DNA of 64,000 nt from Octopus bimaculoides (lineage: Eukaryota), in assembly GCF_001194135.2 (NCBI RefSeq), contig NC_068986.1:83407285-83471284 (forward strand). Direction: 5' to 3'. Below the pieces are notes generated by a model, which saw nothing but the letters and a program-made list of their open reading frames with translations, was not told the origin of the DNA and searched no databases. Position numbers and translations under genes: made by a program. Shown here one piece after another: positions 12,401-25,332 of this stretch. Each line of letters starts with the position of its first letter. The first letter of the stretch is position 1.

Positions 12401-14164
12401 TTTAATGCATGAGCAAGTGGAGAATAAGTGTACCTGAAATGAAGTGATTGAAAACTATAGTATTGAAAAAACGAACAGCATAGCATTAGACTTCTTTGTA
12501 TGTAGAGCACAGCCTCGTGATTATCAACATCTTCCAGTAGAAGAACTAACACAAAACTTCACATATATATCCCAGGCCCAAACACTAATAATCTCATTGG
12601 CTACAACATAGGTGACCTCAAAGATGTTCTCCTCACCTATGCAACAAAGGAAGCTGAATGTTGGACAGACTTGCATGATATTAATGAGTTACTAAATGGC
12701 TACTATGTTTTCTCTTGATGTGATAGAAATGGTTACCAAATCTCCCTCAAATCACATGCTACTGTCTTGTATAATATCAAAACACAGACAATATAATCCT
12801 ACATACCTTTGAAAGAACTGGATGGTTATGATCCTGATCTAACAGACCTACGATCAAAAGTTTGATGCTTTTGATCGTAGGTCTGTTAGATGAAGATTGA
12901 CTTGGAGCTAAGCAACAACAACAACAACAATAAGCAGACGTCATATTGTGTGTCCCAAGCATTAAGAGGTTCAATTGTAGCAAGCTCAGTAGTTCAGTAT
13001 AGGACTTTCATTACTCTCTAACTGTCAAAGCAAAAGCTTCAGTGGCACTTAATCACCATAGTGGCTAGCATAGATAACAAATGGTCTCCTTAAATTCCAC
13101 ACTCTTTGAATTAAATCTTTGGAATCAAGGGGGAAAAAATATTAAAACCAGTTTGGTATAAACTTTTCAATTAGCAAGCTCCTCAATGACACGCGCATGG
13201 TCAAGTGAGCAACTCTGGTAGTCTCTTGTCCACACTCTTAAAAAGTATCGATGTATACATTGGAGTGATGCTGAATCTGTTGTTAAAAGTGGATTATAAA
13301 AGCTCAAGAAATCCATATGCATACAGAGGAGCATGATATCACACACAATTTCTGAGCTGCAATAAAGATCTTCTATGGCTCCAGTCAAGTCATCAGACAA
13401 CACACTTCCTGAAAGACCAGTCAACAATACTGGCATGCTACGAATAATTCTTAAAGTAGTGGATCCAACAATCATGGATGAATCTTGTGCAATGTCTATG
13501 AGCCACCACTTAAATGACCCTCAATTTTTGCTAGAGTTAGTGCTGCCATAAAATAACAATAAGAAATTCTTGAACCAGACAACATTCTAGCAGAGATCTG
13601 GTAGGTGAGTGGTTATGCGTGCACAAGTGCCGTTCATAGCTACGTCATAGAGCCAGGAGATAAGAAAGATTATCCCTTAACATTGGAATGATGCTAACAT
13701 TGCCATTGAGTACAAAAGTAAGGGAGGTAAATCTGTTCGTTCAGGCTGTAGGAGTAGAGTACTCCTGTCTATTGCTGTGAAGCCTTGGTCGTGATCATGT
13801 TTAAAAGATGGCTCCAGTCTATACAAGAAAATGTCACAGTGTAGGTTCCTTAGTTACTGAGGTACAATCGACAAGTTCTTTGTTTTATGGCAGTTCACGA
13901 AAACTACAAGAAACCTGTTTGCGGCATTTGTGGATCTGTCAAAGATCTTTGACACGAAGTAGGAAACTAAGCAGAATGCTCTTAAAAATTGGTTGCCCAC
14001 CCACATTTGTGAATCTCTTCTGCCAGTTTCACACAGGGATGATGGATCAAGTTGTTATAGGTGGAAGATATCTGAATCAAACTTCTTAAATAATATATGT
14101 AACTCTTATCAAATGTGTTGAGTGCTACTTTCTTTTGTTTGTCCACTCACTCGTGTGTGTAACT

Positions 14165-14209
<45 letters not shown>

Positions 14210-14609
14210 NNNNNNNNNNNNNNNNNNNNNNNNNNNNNNNNNNNNNNNNNNNNNNNNNNNNNNNNNNNNNNNNNNNNNNNNNNNNNNNNNNNNNNNNNNN
14301 NNNNNNNNNNNNNNNNNNNNNNNNNNNNNNNNNNNNNNNNNNNNNNNNNNNNNNNNNNNNNNNNNNNNNNNNNNNNNNNNNNNNNNNNNNNNNNNNNNNN
14401 NNNNNNNNNNNNNNNNNNNNNNNNNNNNNNNNNNNNNNNNNNNNNNNNNNNNNNNNNNNNNNNNNNNNNNNNNNNNNNNNNNNNNNNNNNNNNNNNNNNN
14501 NNNNNNNNNNNNNNNNNNNNNNNNNNNNNNNNNNNNNNNNNNNNNNNNNNNNNNNNNNNNNNNNNNNNNNNNNNNNNNNNNNNNNNNNNNNNNNNNNNNN
14601 NNNNNNNNN

Positions 14610-14655
<46 letters not shown>

Positions 14656-17600
14656 TACACACACACGCACATCACAGTTGCTCATATATCTCACTTGACA
14701 TATTGTTGCCAGTGCTTTGCTTTCACATGCTACTACATTACTTTTGTGTGCCATTACATCACTATCATATGTTACTGAGCCACTGTCTTGTGTCTTAACT
14801 CATCACTATCTCTCTGTCATTATACTACATGTTGCTGATTGCTCTCTTGATTCTTAATTTTAGCTGAACCTGCGGCTGATACTGCTAAAATCTGGTCCCT
14901 CTCTGCTAATGACTTGGATGATGACGACCTCTTGGACTCTGATACCCTCCTGAATGAAGATGATCTGATAAAACCTAATCCAAGTTCCTTGAAAGGTGAG
15001 TGACTGTTTCCTTAGTAACTGTAATTATATCTTTTACTTGTAGCATAACCTCTTTTAGTGCTTCACACACATATACACACACCAGGAATACAACAAGTGT
15101 TTTGCAATCATTTTCTCTGCTAAAGCAGGGATTAACTTTGTGGGAACGCCATAAATCTTTTTCATTTTGTCCTTTTCCCTACATCACCCTTTGCCAATTT
15201 GTTGCTCTCATTTCCTCTTCTGTCACCTGTAGCCATGCTTTTCTCAGTCTTTCTCTTTCTCTACTTTCTTCTACATTTATCTCCAGTAATTTCATTCATT
15301 CACTTTCCTCCTTCTTCAGTAACATGAACCAGTCATTTTGTCCTCTCTATCACCGATTCAGTTTCCTTTTATTCTCCTTTATTCATTCTTTATCTCAGGC
15401 ATTCCTGCTAATGCTGAACTAAGCCTGAAAGGTGGTGTCTTTCAAATTGCTTGGTTAAATATTAGAGGTTAAATATAGCTCCAAATTTTGTGAAATCCTC
15501 AGATTTGGCCCAGCCCCCTAATTTGAATGCTCATAAAATCAGAACCATACATAGAAGCTGAAATTTTCAAGATTGATTAGGTACAAAGACACCAGTGAAA
15601 AATTTCAGACTATTTGAAAGACACCATCTTTCATTATTATTGTCATTAGGCGGTGAGCTGGCAGAATCGTTAGTGTGCTGGACGAAATGCTTAGCGGTAT
15701 TTCACCCGTTGCTACATTCTAAGTTCAAATTCCACCGAGGTCATCCATTCAGGGTCGATAAATTAAGTACCAGTGAAACACTGGGGATGATATAATCAAC
15801 AAGTCCCCACCCAACAAATTAGACCTTGTGCCTCCTGTAGAAAGGATTATTGTTATTGTCATTGTTAAGGTGGTGAGCTGGCAGAATCATTAGCACGTCG
15901 GGTGAAATGCTTAGCAGTATTTTGTCTGCCGCTACATTCTGAGTTCAAATTCCACTGAGGTTGACTTTGCCTTTCATCCTTTTGGAGTTGATAAATTAAA
16001 TACTGGGGTTGATCTAATCGACTGGCCCCTTCCACCAAAATTTCAGGCCTTGTGCCTATAGTAGAAAGGATTGTTATTGTTATTGTTAATAGAGCAATGA
16101 AATGGTACAACCATAGAATACCAAGCAAAGCAAAATGCTTTGCATTGAGCCTGCAACACTGTTTCACTGCTTTGCATATCTGTGTAACTGGCATATGTCT
16201 TATGTCTCACCCCAAAAGCTATTATTTCTGTCAACATGCTGTATCATTTTGTTAATTGCTGTTTTCAGAAATAGCAGCTAAATTTCAAAATTACCATATT
16301 AAACAATTGGATAGTGTAATCCCTGATATACAAAAAAGATAGGTTGGTCATATCTTTAATGCTAGGTCTTCTCCCTCAGAGCTGACCTGGGGCTAAACAA
16401 CAAAATAAATTATTTTCTGCATTCAAATCCTGTTGTCCTAGAATTTACCATGTATTCCTCTGAGGTCAACAAAATAATACCTGTCAAGTGCTGGGGTTGA
16501 TATAATACCCACCAAAATTTATCGCCTTTTTACCTATGTGGCCAGCTCTGAATGAGCAGACCTATGATCAGAGGTATTTCTAGTTGTGGTCATCTTGTCT
16601 TTTTAGGGGTATTAGGGGTTAACTTCGTTATCTGTGTTCTTTATTTATTTCAGAAAGTATCTTTTACCTGTTACAGTCATTAAGTGGTGGGGCATCACCT
16701 TGAGGGGTTTTACTCAAACAAATTGATCACTGTAGTTACTTTTTTTTATTTAAAAGTCTGGTACTTATTTTATTAGTCACTTTTACCAAATCACTAAGTT
16801 ATAATGTAGACAAGCCTACAATGGTTGACAAGTGATGTGTGTAGGACAAACACAGACACATAAACACATTCACACACACATTGGTTTGAACTGTGGTTGT
16901 AGTGTTATGGTAGTAATGTGGTGACCATAGCAACAGTGCTCATGTCTCAACATACTGATTGTAATTGTCTAGTGGTGTTTAACTCCAGGTTGGTCCTGAT
17001 CAAGCAAATATATATTGTAAGACATTCCTGTCATAATCATACCTTGTATTTTTGTCCTGGTATAGTTTACCTAGGATTGTATTATCCAGTATGTCCATTT
17101 TTTTTTTTTAAGATGGTGGGTTCTCATTAGAATATCAGGACAATTTTCTAGACAGTTACCCACTTCAACCTATACTACAACTTCAATGTACACCACATCT
17201 TTAGCCTACATCACACCACAACTCGAATCTACTTCATGGTATCACTTCAACATACATGACACAGCAACAGTAGCTGTTGACTTATAATAGTTTAAATAAA
17301 ACAATGCCATCATCCTCACTGGCTTCAGTGGGCCTGCAAAGGTCATGGGCATTGTAAAGAAAAAAATTCTTATAAAAGTTCCCTCATTGTGATGTTACTG
17401 ACACTTAGCAACGATGAATAACACTATGTGACATGATTTTTGTCCTTGGGTAGCAACTGTTATTTTCTATTTGCTTACCCCTAAAATGTGTGAAAAATAG
17501 CTAATATTTCCTTCAGACTTTGCTTTGTTATATATATCCAAACCCTCTTTAGTGTTAAACCCTCTTAACACTGCTACTGCTTGTGATCAGAGATGCACAT

Positions 17601-18623
17601 ATTATCAGTCACTAAGGAACATAGTTAAGTGATTAAGGTCAAGCAACTGACAAGCAAATCTGTGGTATTGAGCAGAATATTTGCTATAATGATATTTGTA
17701 ACTCAGTGCTGAATTTATCTGAAATGAAATGGTCAGTTTCAAAGCATTGATGTACAAGTCACAAAAGAAAGGAACAGTAGTCATTACCTTTGATTTCTAG
17801 GTTGGATCAAATAGGAAATAACTGACTGGCCAAAGATAAAAATCGAAAAATTAAAATTTTGTTACACAGTTTGTTAAACAACCATTGATCACCCGTCTCT
17901 CTCTTTTTCAATTGTGGTGGTGGTGGTGTTGCTAGTAGTCTACAACAGTCACAGCTGTTGTGCTTTTTGTGTTGGTAGAAGTTTACTGTAACAACAGTTA
18001 TTGTTGTAGTGTTGATTATAATTTATAGTAGTATGAATAGTGTTGTGGCAGAAGTGTAGATGTATTATTCAATAGCAACTAGTTGTAGGATGATACTTTT
18101 CAATAGTAACAGCAGTTGCTGTGTGATAGTGGTGGTGTAGGTGGTAGTAGTAGTTTACAGTAGCAATAGTTGTGATATTGGTGGTAATTTATAGCAATGA
18201 CTGTGGTGATGTTAAGTGGAGGCTTTATCATGGTGGTTTCGTATGATAATCTTTGAGTCACTATGAACAAATATAATACACACACACACAATATATGTAT
18301 GTGTGTGTATATGTATATCTTATGTATGTGTGTGTATATGTATATAATGAATGTTTGTGTATATGTATATATTATGTATGTGTGCGTGTATATATTATGT
18401 ATGTGTGTGTGTGTATATACATATATATTATGCATGTGTGTGTGTATATATACATATATATTATGTATGTGTGTGTGTGTGTGTGTGTGTATATATACAT
18501 ATATATTATGTATGTGTGTGTGTGTGTGTGTATATATACATGTATATTATGCATGTGTGTGTGTATATATACATATATATTATGCATGTGTGTGTGTGTA
18601 TATATATACATATATATTATGCA

Positions 18624-18673
<50 letters not shown>

Positions 18674-19648
18674 GTATGTGTGTATATACTCTCTCTTTAC
18701 TCTTTTACTTGTTTCAGTCATTTGACTGTGGCCATGCTGGAGCACCGCTTTTTAGTCGAGCAAATTTATCCCAGGACTTATTCTTTGGAAGCCTAGTACT
18801 TATTCTATCGATCTCTTTTTGCTAAACCGCTAAGTTATGGATACGTAAACACACCAACATCGGTTGTCAAGTGATGTTGGGGGGACAAATGCAGACACAA
18901 ACATATACACACACACATACATACANNNNNNNNNNNNNNNNNNNNNNNNNNNNNNNNNNNNNNNNNNNNNNNNNNNNNNNNNNNNNNNNNNNNNNNNNNN
19001 NNNNNNNNNNNNNNNNNNNNNNNNNNNNNNNNNNNNNNNNNNNNNNNNNNNNNNNNNNNNNNNNNNNNNNNNNNNNNNNNNNNNNNNNNNNNNNNNNNNN
19101 NNNNNNNNNNNNNNNNNNNNNNNNNNNNNNNNNNNNNNNNNNNNNNNNNNNNNNNNNNNNNNNNNNNNNNNNNNNNNNNNNNNNNNNNNNNNNNNNNNNN
19201 NNNNNNNNNNNNNNNNNNNNNNNNNNNNNNNNNNNNNNNNNNNNNNNNNNNNNNNNNNNNNNNNNNNNNNNNNNNNNNNNNNNNNNNNNNNNNNNNNNNN
19301 NNNNNNNNNNNNNNNNNNNNNNNNNNNNNNNNNNNNNNNNNNNNNNNNNNNNNNNNNNNNNNNNNNNNNNNNNNNNNNNNNNNNNNNNNNNNNNNNNNNN
19401 NNNNNNNNNNNNNNNNNNNNNNNNNNNNNNNNNNNNNNNNNNNNNNNNNNNNNNGTGTATATATATATTATGTATGTATGTGTGTATATATATATATTAT
19501 GTATGTATCTGTGTATATATATTATGTATGTATGTGTGTATATATATTATGTATGTATGTGTGTGTGTATATATATAGATATGTATGTGTGTGTATATAT
19601 TATGTATGTATGTGTGTATGTATATATATATATATGTATATATGTGTG

Positions 19649-19684
<36 letters not shown>

Positions 19685-22600
19685 GTATGTATATATATAT
19701 ATATATATATATCTATCTATATGTAATGTCTGTATGTATATATATATATATATATATGTATATAATGTATGTATGAGTGTTTATGTGTGTGTGTATGTGT
19801 GTATACTTGCATACATACCTGCACATGTGTGCTCACACATACACACACCTACTTATTCCAAGGTGTTATCTCTTATTTTAACTTACTTTCTCTCTCACAC
19901 TTTCCCTTGTTGCCCCCCCCCCCTCTCTGTGCCTCTTCTTTGTATTACATGCTATTTCTACCACCTACCACAGTGCATCTCTGCTCACTTCCTCTCTCTC
20001 TCGCCACCACCAGTTTTCACCATCAACCACAATCTCTGCAACCCTTGTGTACATTCTAAACATCTCAAACTACCAGATATAAACTGAGATCTGATACCAC
20101 TAACACAGTGATACAATAACCCTGAGTTGGTGTCTGTCTGTCTATCTGTGTCTGATGGTGTTGGTAGTGATGGCTGGGTGTAGAGACTGTTGGTGTATTC
20201 TTACAATGCTAGAAATTACAACACTGTTGCAGGGATGTATTTTAAGTGGTTGTAGTGAGGGAGAGGATTTTATCTATTTTTTTTGGTGGAGATGGTTATG
20301 TATTTGTTGCTATGTTGTTTAGCCCCAGGTTGGCTATAATCCAGTAGACTTATGATTAAAGACATTCCAGATGTGATCATCTCTTTTTTTTTATTAATTT
20401 TTATTCCTGTACAATACAATTTCAAATGTGTATCTAAACTACAATATGCCATATATCTTGTTTTTTTTTTTAAGACTGTAAGATATGATTTGAGGGAGAT
20501 TTGGCTACTTTTTCTTGCAGGTCAAATAGAAACTTCTTAGCATAGAAGCTTCCTCATTGGCTTGTATGTTGTTATTGATGGTGGTGTTGGATGTTGTTGT
20601 TTAACCCCAGGCCAACCCTGATTGAGCAGATCTATGATCAATAACATTCCAGCCATAACCAACCTGTCTTTTCCTTATATGCAAGAAACTCCAGGTCCTT
20701 TTTTGTTTTAGGATGATAGGTTGTTATTTGAGGGATATATGGCTGTTATTTCTTACACGGTGGCATGTGTAAGACATTCGAGCGAAATCGTTGCCAGTGC
20801 CGCTGGACTGGCTCCTGTGCAGGTGGCATGTAAAATACACCATTTTGAGCATGGCCGTTGCCAGTACCACCTGACTGGCCTTCGTGCCAGTGGCACATAA
20901 AAGCACCCACTACACTCTCGGAGTGGTTGGCGTTAGGAAGGGCATCCAGCTGTAGAAACTCTACCAAATCAGATTGGAGCCTGGTGTAGCCATCTGGTTC
21001 ACCAGTCCTCAGTCAAATCGTCCAACCCATGCTAGCATGGAAAGCGGACGTTAAACGATGATGATGAATTGACTGCTTACTTAGAGGCTGGCCAGTGGTG
21101 GATGTTGTTGATGATGATAGTTTAATTGATAATGTAGCAATAGCTGTTATAGAGCTCACCCTACAATGTAGTGTACAATTATAAATAGTATTTGTTGTTT
21201 AACCCCATTTTTTTTTAACATTATCCAATGTATCCTTCAAATATTTAACATTGTCGGATTTGATTTTAGGGAAATTTAGCTATTTTTCACAGATCAAATT
21301 ATCTGTATAGGCTCTGTTATTGGGTCACTAATGAAGTTATCCTGTTTTGAATTTCTTTTTTTAATATTGTAATTGTGTAGCAACTTATTTCCTAACAGGT
21401 CACTGTTGAATACTAACGACACACAAAATGTTTTATTTAAAAAATGTATTTTTTTGTTTTTGTTTGTGGTGGAGAATTCTCATTGATACTCACAGCCATG
21501 CATGTGTGTGAGCATCCTGCTTGAGTAACATGTACTCTGGTGATAATGTGTATGTGTGTGTGTGTGAGATGGACTTCTATTCAGTTTCCATCCACTGAAT
21601 CCCACTCAAAATCATTTGTTGGTCTTAGGCTATTGTGGAAGATAGTTGCTCAAGGTATAAGACAGTTGTATTGAACCCAGAACAATGCAATTACAAAGCA
21701 ATTGTCTTAACTACACTGCCATATTAGTGATATTTTTGTTTGTTAGTATTAGGCTGGTCTTCATCCAGCTGATTGAGAAGCAGTCTGTTTATGCTTTATT
21801 TACAGGATTTTATGATTATTCTGTCTTTTATTTTTAGATACAGTTCAGGTGAGACTATATTATTCAATATCTTCTGTTTTTTTAAATGGTAAGGGTATGG
21901 TATGATAGATTTGGTTACAATTTTAGCAGGTTGAGGGACTGTGTAGAATCTTTATTATTAGTTTGCTTGTTTTGTTTAGCCCCAGGTGAGCTCTACTCAA
22001 GCAAATGAGCAATGGTCTGTGATCGAAGGCATTCCGGCCTTGATCATCTGATTATTATGTATATTCAGGATGTGTATTGTTGTTGATAGCATTGCAAATT
22101 GTTGTTGTTCTTGTTTAGCCTCAGTTCAGTTCTGATTAAGAAGACCTATAATCAAAGGCATTTAGCCATGTCTCTCTTGTTTTTTTTTCCTACATGCAGG
22201 GGAACTAAGATCATTTTATCTAACATGTTATTTTCTAAGATTGTAGGATGTGATATGAAGGAGATAGGGTTGCTATATATAGCAGATTGAACAACCACCT
22301 AGAAACTTCTTCATTGACTTGTATTGCGGAAGGTTTTCTGTGGTTGTGGTGGCATTCCAAATGCAACCATTTAGTCGCTTTCTATCGGTCTGTATAACTA
22401 TCTACACTATATCCATCCATCCATCCATCAGTCTATCTAATTATCTATCTGTTTATCTCTCTGTATGTCTATCTGTCTTTCTCTATATTGATACTTCCAT
22501 CTATCCCTTAATTAATTTATCTGTATATTTATCTACTTATCTATCTGCCTAACTATCTATCTGTACATCTATCTATTTTTCAGCTGACTGTGGTGGAAGC

Positions 22601-24228
22601 AGGAAAAAGAAACGGGCTTGCAAAAATTGTACATGTGGCCTGGCAGAAGAGCTAGAAGGAGAAAACAGACCAACTATGCCAAAATCTGCTTGTGGCAATG
22701 TATGTATTGTGTTTTTATTTACTCTGTTTGAATGATTCTATTGAGTAGAAAAAGCCCCAGCCTAGTATTCATTTTCAGTTCCCAGGTTCACCTCACTTAT
22801 AATTCTTAAAAGTTCAACCCTAATTTAACATACCTTATATTCAGAGGCATTTGACTCTTGACCATCCTGTATTTTTATCTGCTAAACTACACCTAGAACC
22901 TCATTGCCCAATGCAGTCTTTTCTGAGGCAGTACTGTCTAACTTGAGAAGAGGAGGATGACTATGATTAGCAGGTCAAACAACTCTGTAGAGTCTTATTT
23001 ATTGGGTCATGTTTTTTATCTTGTTTCAACCCTTAGACTGTGGCCATGCTGAGGCACTCTGTGAAAGGTTTACTTGAGCAAATTGACCCTGGTACTTATA
23101 TTTTACTAAGCCTGGTCCTTATTCTATCATTCTCTTTTTGTTAAATTATGGGGGTATAAACAAGCATTGGTAGTCAAGTGATGGTGGCAGACAAACACAA
23201 AGATGCATGCGCGCACACACACGTACTCAAACAACAAGCTTCTTTTAGTGGTCTACTAAATTCACTCACAAGGCTTTGGTCAGCTCAGGGCTGTAGTAGA
23301 AGACTCTTGCCTAAGGTGTCACATAGTGGGACTAATTCTAGAACCATGTGGTTGGGAAGTAAACTTCTTACCACACACTCACAAAGATATTCTTGGGGAA
23401 GGCGGATGGCAGAATCAGTAAAGCATTGGACAGAATGCCTTGAGATATTTAGTTGTCTCTTTTGTCTGTCTGTCTTTCCATATATACACACACACACACA
23501 CACAATTAACTACTCATCATGTTACAGTGTCAGTGGTTGAGTATTCCTCACACTTAAACCCTTAATGTAACTATTAGGCAAAATGAGTGTGACAATAATG
23601 TGGGATAAGGCTGGGCCCTTTTTGAATTACAGGTATAGTTCCATTCCCTCAAACAGGTTTCCAAATACTTTCTGTCTAAGCAATTTCACTTACAAAGCTT
23701 GAGGTCAAATTGATGCTATTTTGAAAAAAACATTTATTCAAAGTGCCTTGCAGTTGGATTTGAATCCAGAACATTGGACTGATAAGTAAAATTCTTGGCC
23801 TTGCATACACATTTTATATAATGTTCTACTGTATTACCTTGTTATATTAAATTTTATGTCTAAACATTTGAACTGTAAACAGAAACCAAAGTAGATACTA
23901 TAGCCAACACATTCAACTAGCTTCTTATCTATTTTGCCAACTCTGCCACCCAATGTTAAACTGTCAGTAACAATAAAAATGATTATTTGTTGATTTTTTT
24001 CTTTTTTTTGTTGCTACTTGTCTGAGAAACAATTAGAAATTGTTAAAATAGATTACTGTGTGAATTCATCATAGACATCCACATACCCAACTCCACACCT
24101 ATGTGCGTATTAACTTACACACACACAGACACACATCTTTTGACCTTTCCTGTAAAGGTCTTGAGAAGTTTTGTTTATTTATTTTTCTAACCAAATTTTT
24201 GCCATACATCCTAATCTCTAAAACCTGT

Positions 24229-24267
<39 letters not shown>

Positions 24268-24769
24268 TGCTTGTGCACATACATTATATGTATATATAGA
24301 TATATATGAAAATGACCATCCAACCCATGCCAGCTATGTCATCATCATTTTAACATTCATTTCTCTGGGCCCACATGGGTTAGATGAAATTTGTTGAGGC
24401 AGATTTTCTACAATCAGATGCCCTTCTTGTCATCAAGTACCCTCCTGTTTCCAAGCAAGGTAATATTTCCCTATGGCCAGATGTATTTTCCCAAAAGATT
24501 TGAAATGAAAGACACTGCTTGTATCACGGTGAAACTCATTTACAACACTCATACAATGTCAAGACAAGGAGATACTGATACACACACATATAAATATATA
24601 TATACCACATACATACAATGGGTTTCTTTCTGTTACAAATCCACACACAAGGCTTTGGTCAGACCAATGCTATGGTAGAAGACACTTGTACATGCTGCCA
24701 CATTATGGGACTGAAGCTGGAATATGCATTTGAGAAGCAAGTTTCTTAACCATATAACCATGCCTGCAT

Positions 24770-24810
<41 letters not shown>

Positions 24811-25299
24811 TTTTTCAAGGATGTATGCCTGGTCAAGTGGTTAAGAAGTTAACCATACAGTCATAAGCTCCTAGATTTCATTTCACTGTATGCCAACATA
24901 TGGGCAGGTTCTTTTTTTTTATGTATCATAGTCTGGAGTTGATTAAAGCTCTGTGAATGAAATTAGGTAGATGGGAACTGTAGCATCCTATTAGTTGTAC
25001 TGCAACCCTATTCTAAGTTAGCTCCTACCATGTCACCTTTTGTCTTAAGCTGATCTAGCTTGTTCATTTAAGAGTATGTAGGGATAGAAGTGAATGCTCA
25101 TTGTTAAAACTGATGAGAAGGGGGACTATCATACATATATTTGTCTGTGCATGTGTATGTGTGTATACACATACATGTATATATATATATANNNNNNNNN
25201 NNNNNNNNNNNNNNNNNNNNNNNNNNNNNNNNNNNNNNNNNNNNNNNNNNNNNNNNNNNNNNNNNNNNNNNNNNNNNNNNNNNNNNNNNNNNNNNNNNN

Positions 25300-25332
<33 letters not shown>

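Noticed and set aside
18864-20087. 407-aa ORF and similar long ORFs (14122-14778, 18263-18796, 56247-56594)
   Set aside because: Artefacts of N runs and TA/TG microsatellites (poly-YI/CV/HT); no coding signal.
20760-20910. Repeat-spacer-like periodicity resembling a CRISPR array
   Set aside because: Eukaryotic context; units are degenerate subrepeats of an RTE 3' UTR and there are no cas genes.
22700-22735. Intron-5 read-through giving [14 protein letters not shown] as an alternative Cys motif
   Set aside because: Good GTATGT donor, short low-complexity peptide, and no evidence of retention.
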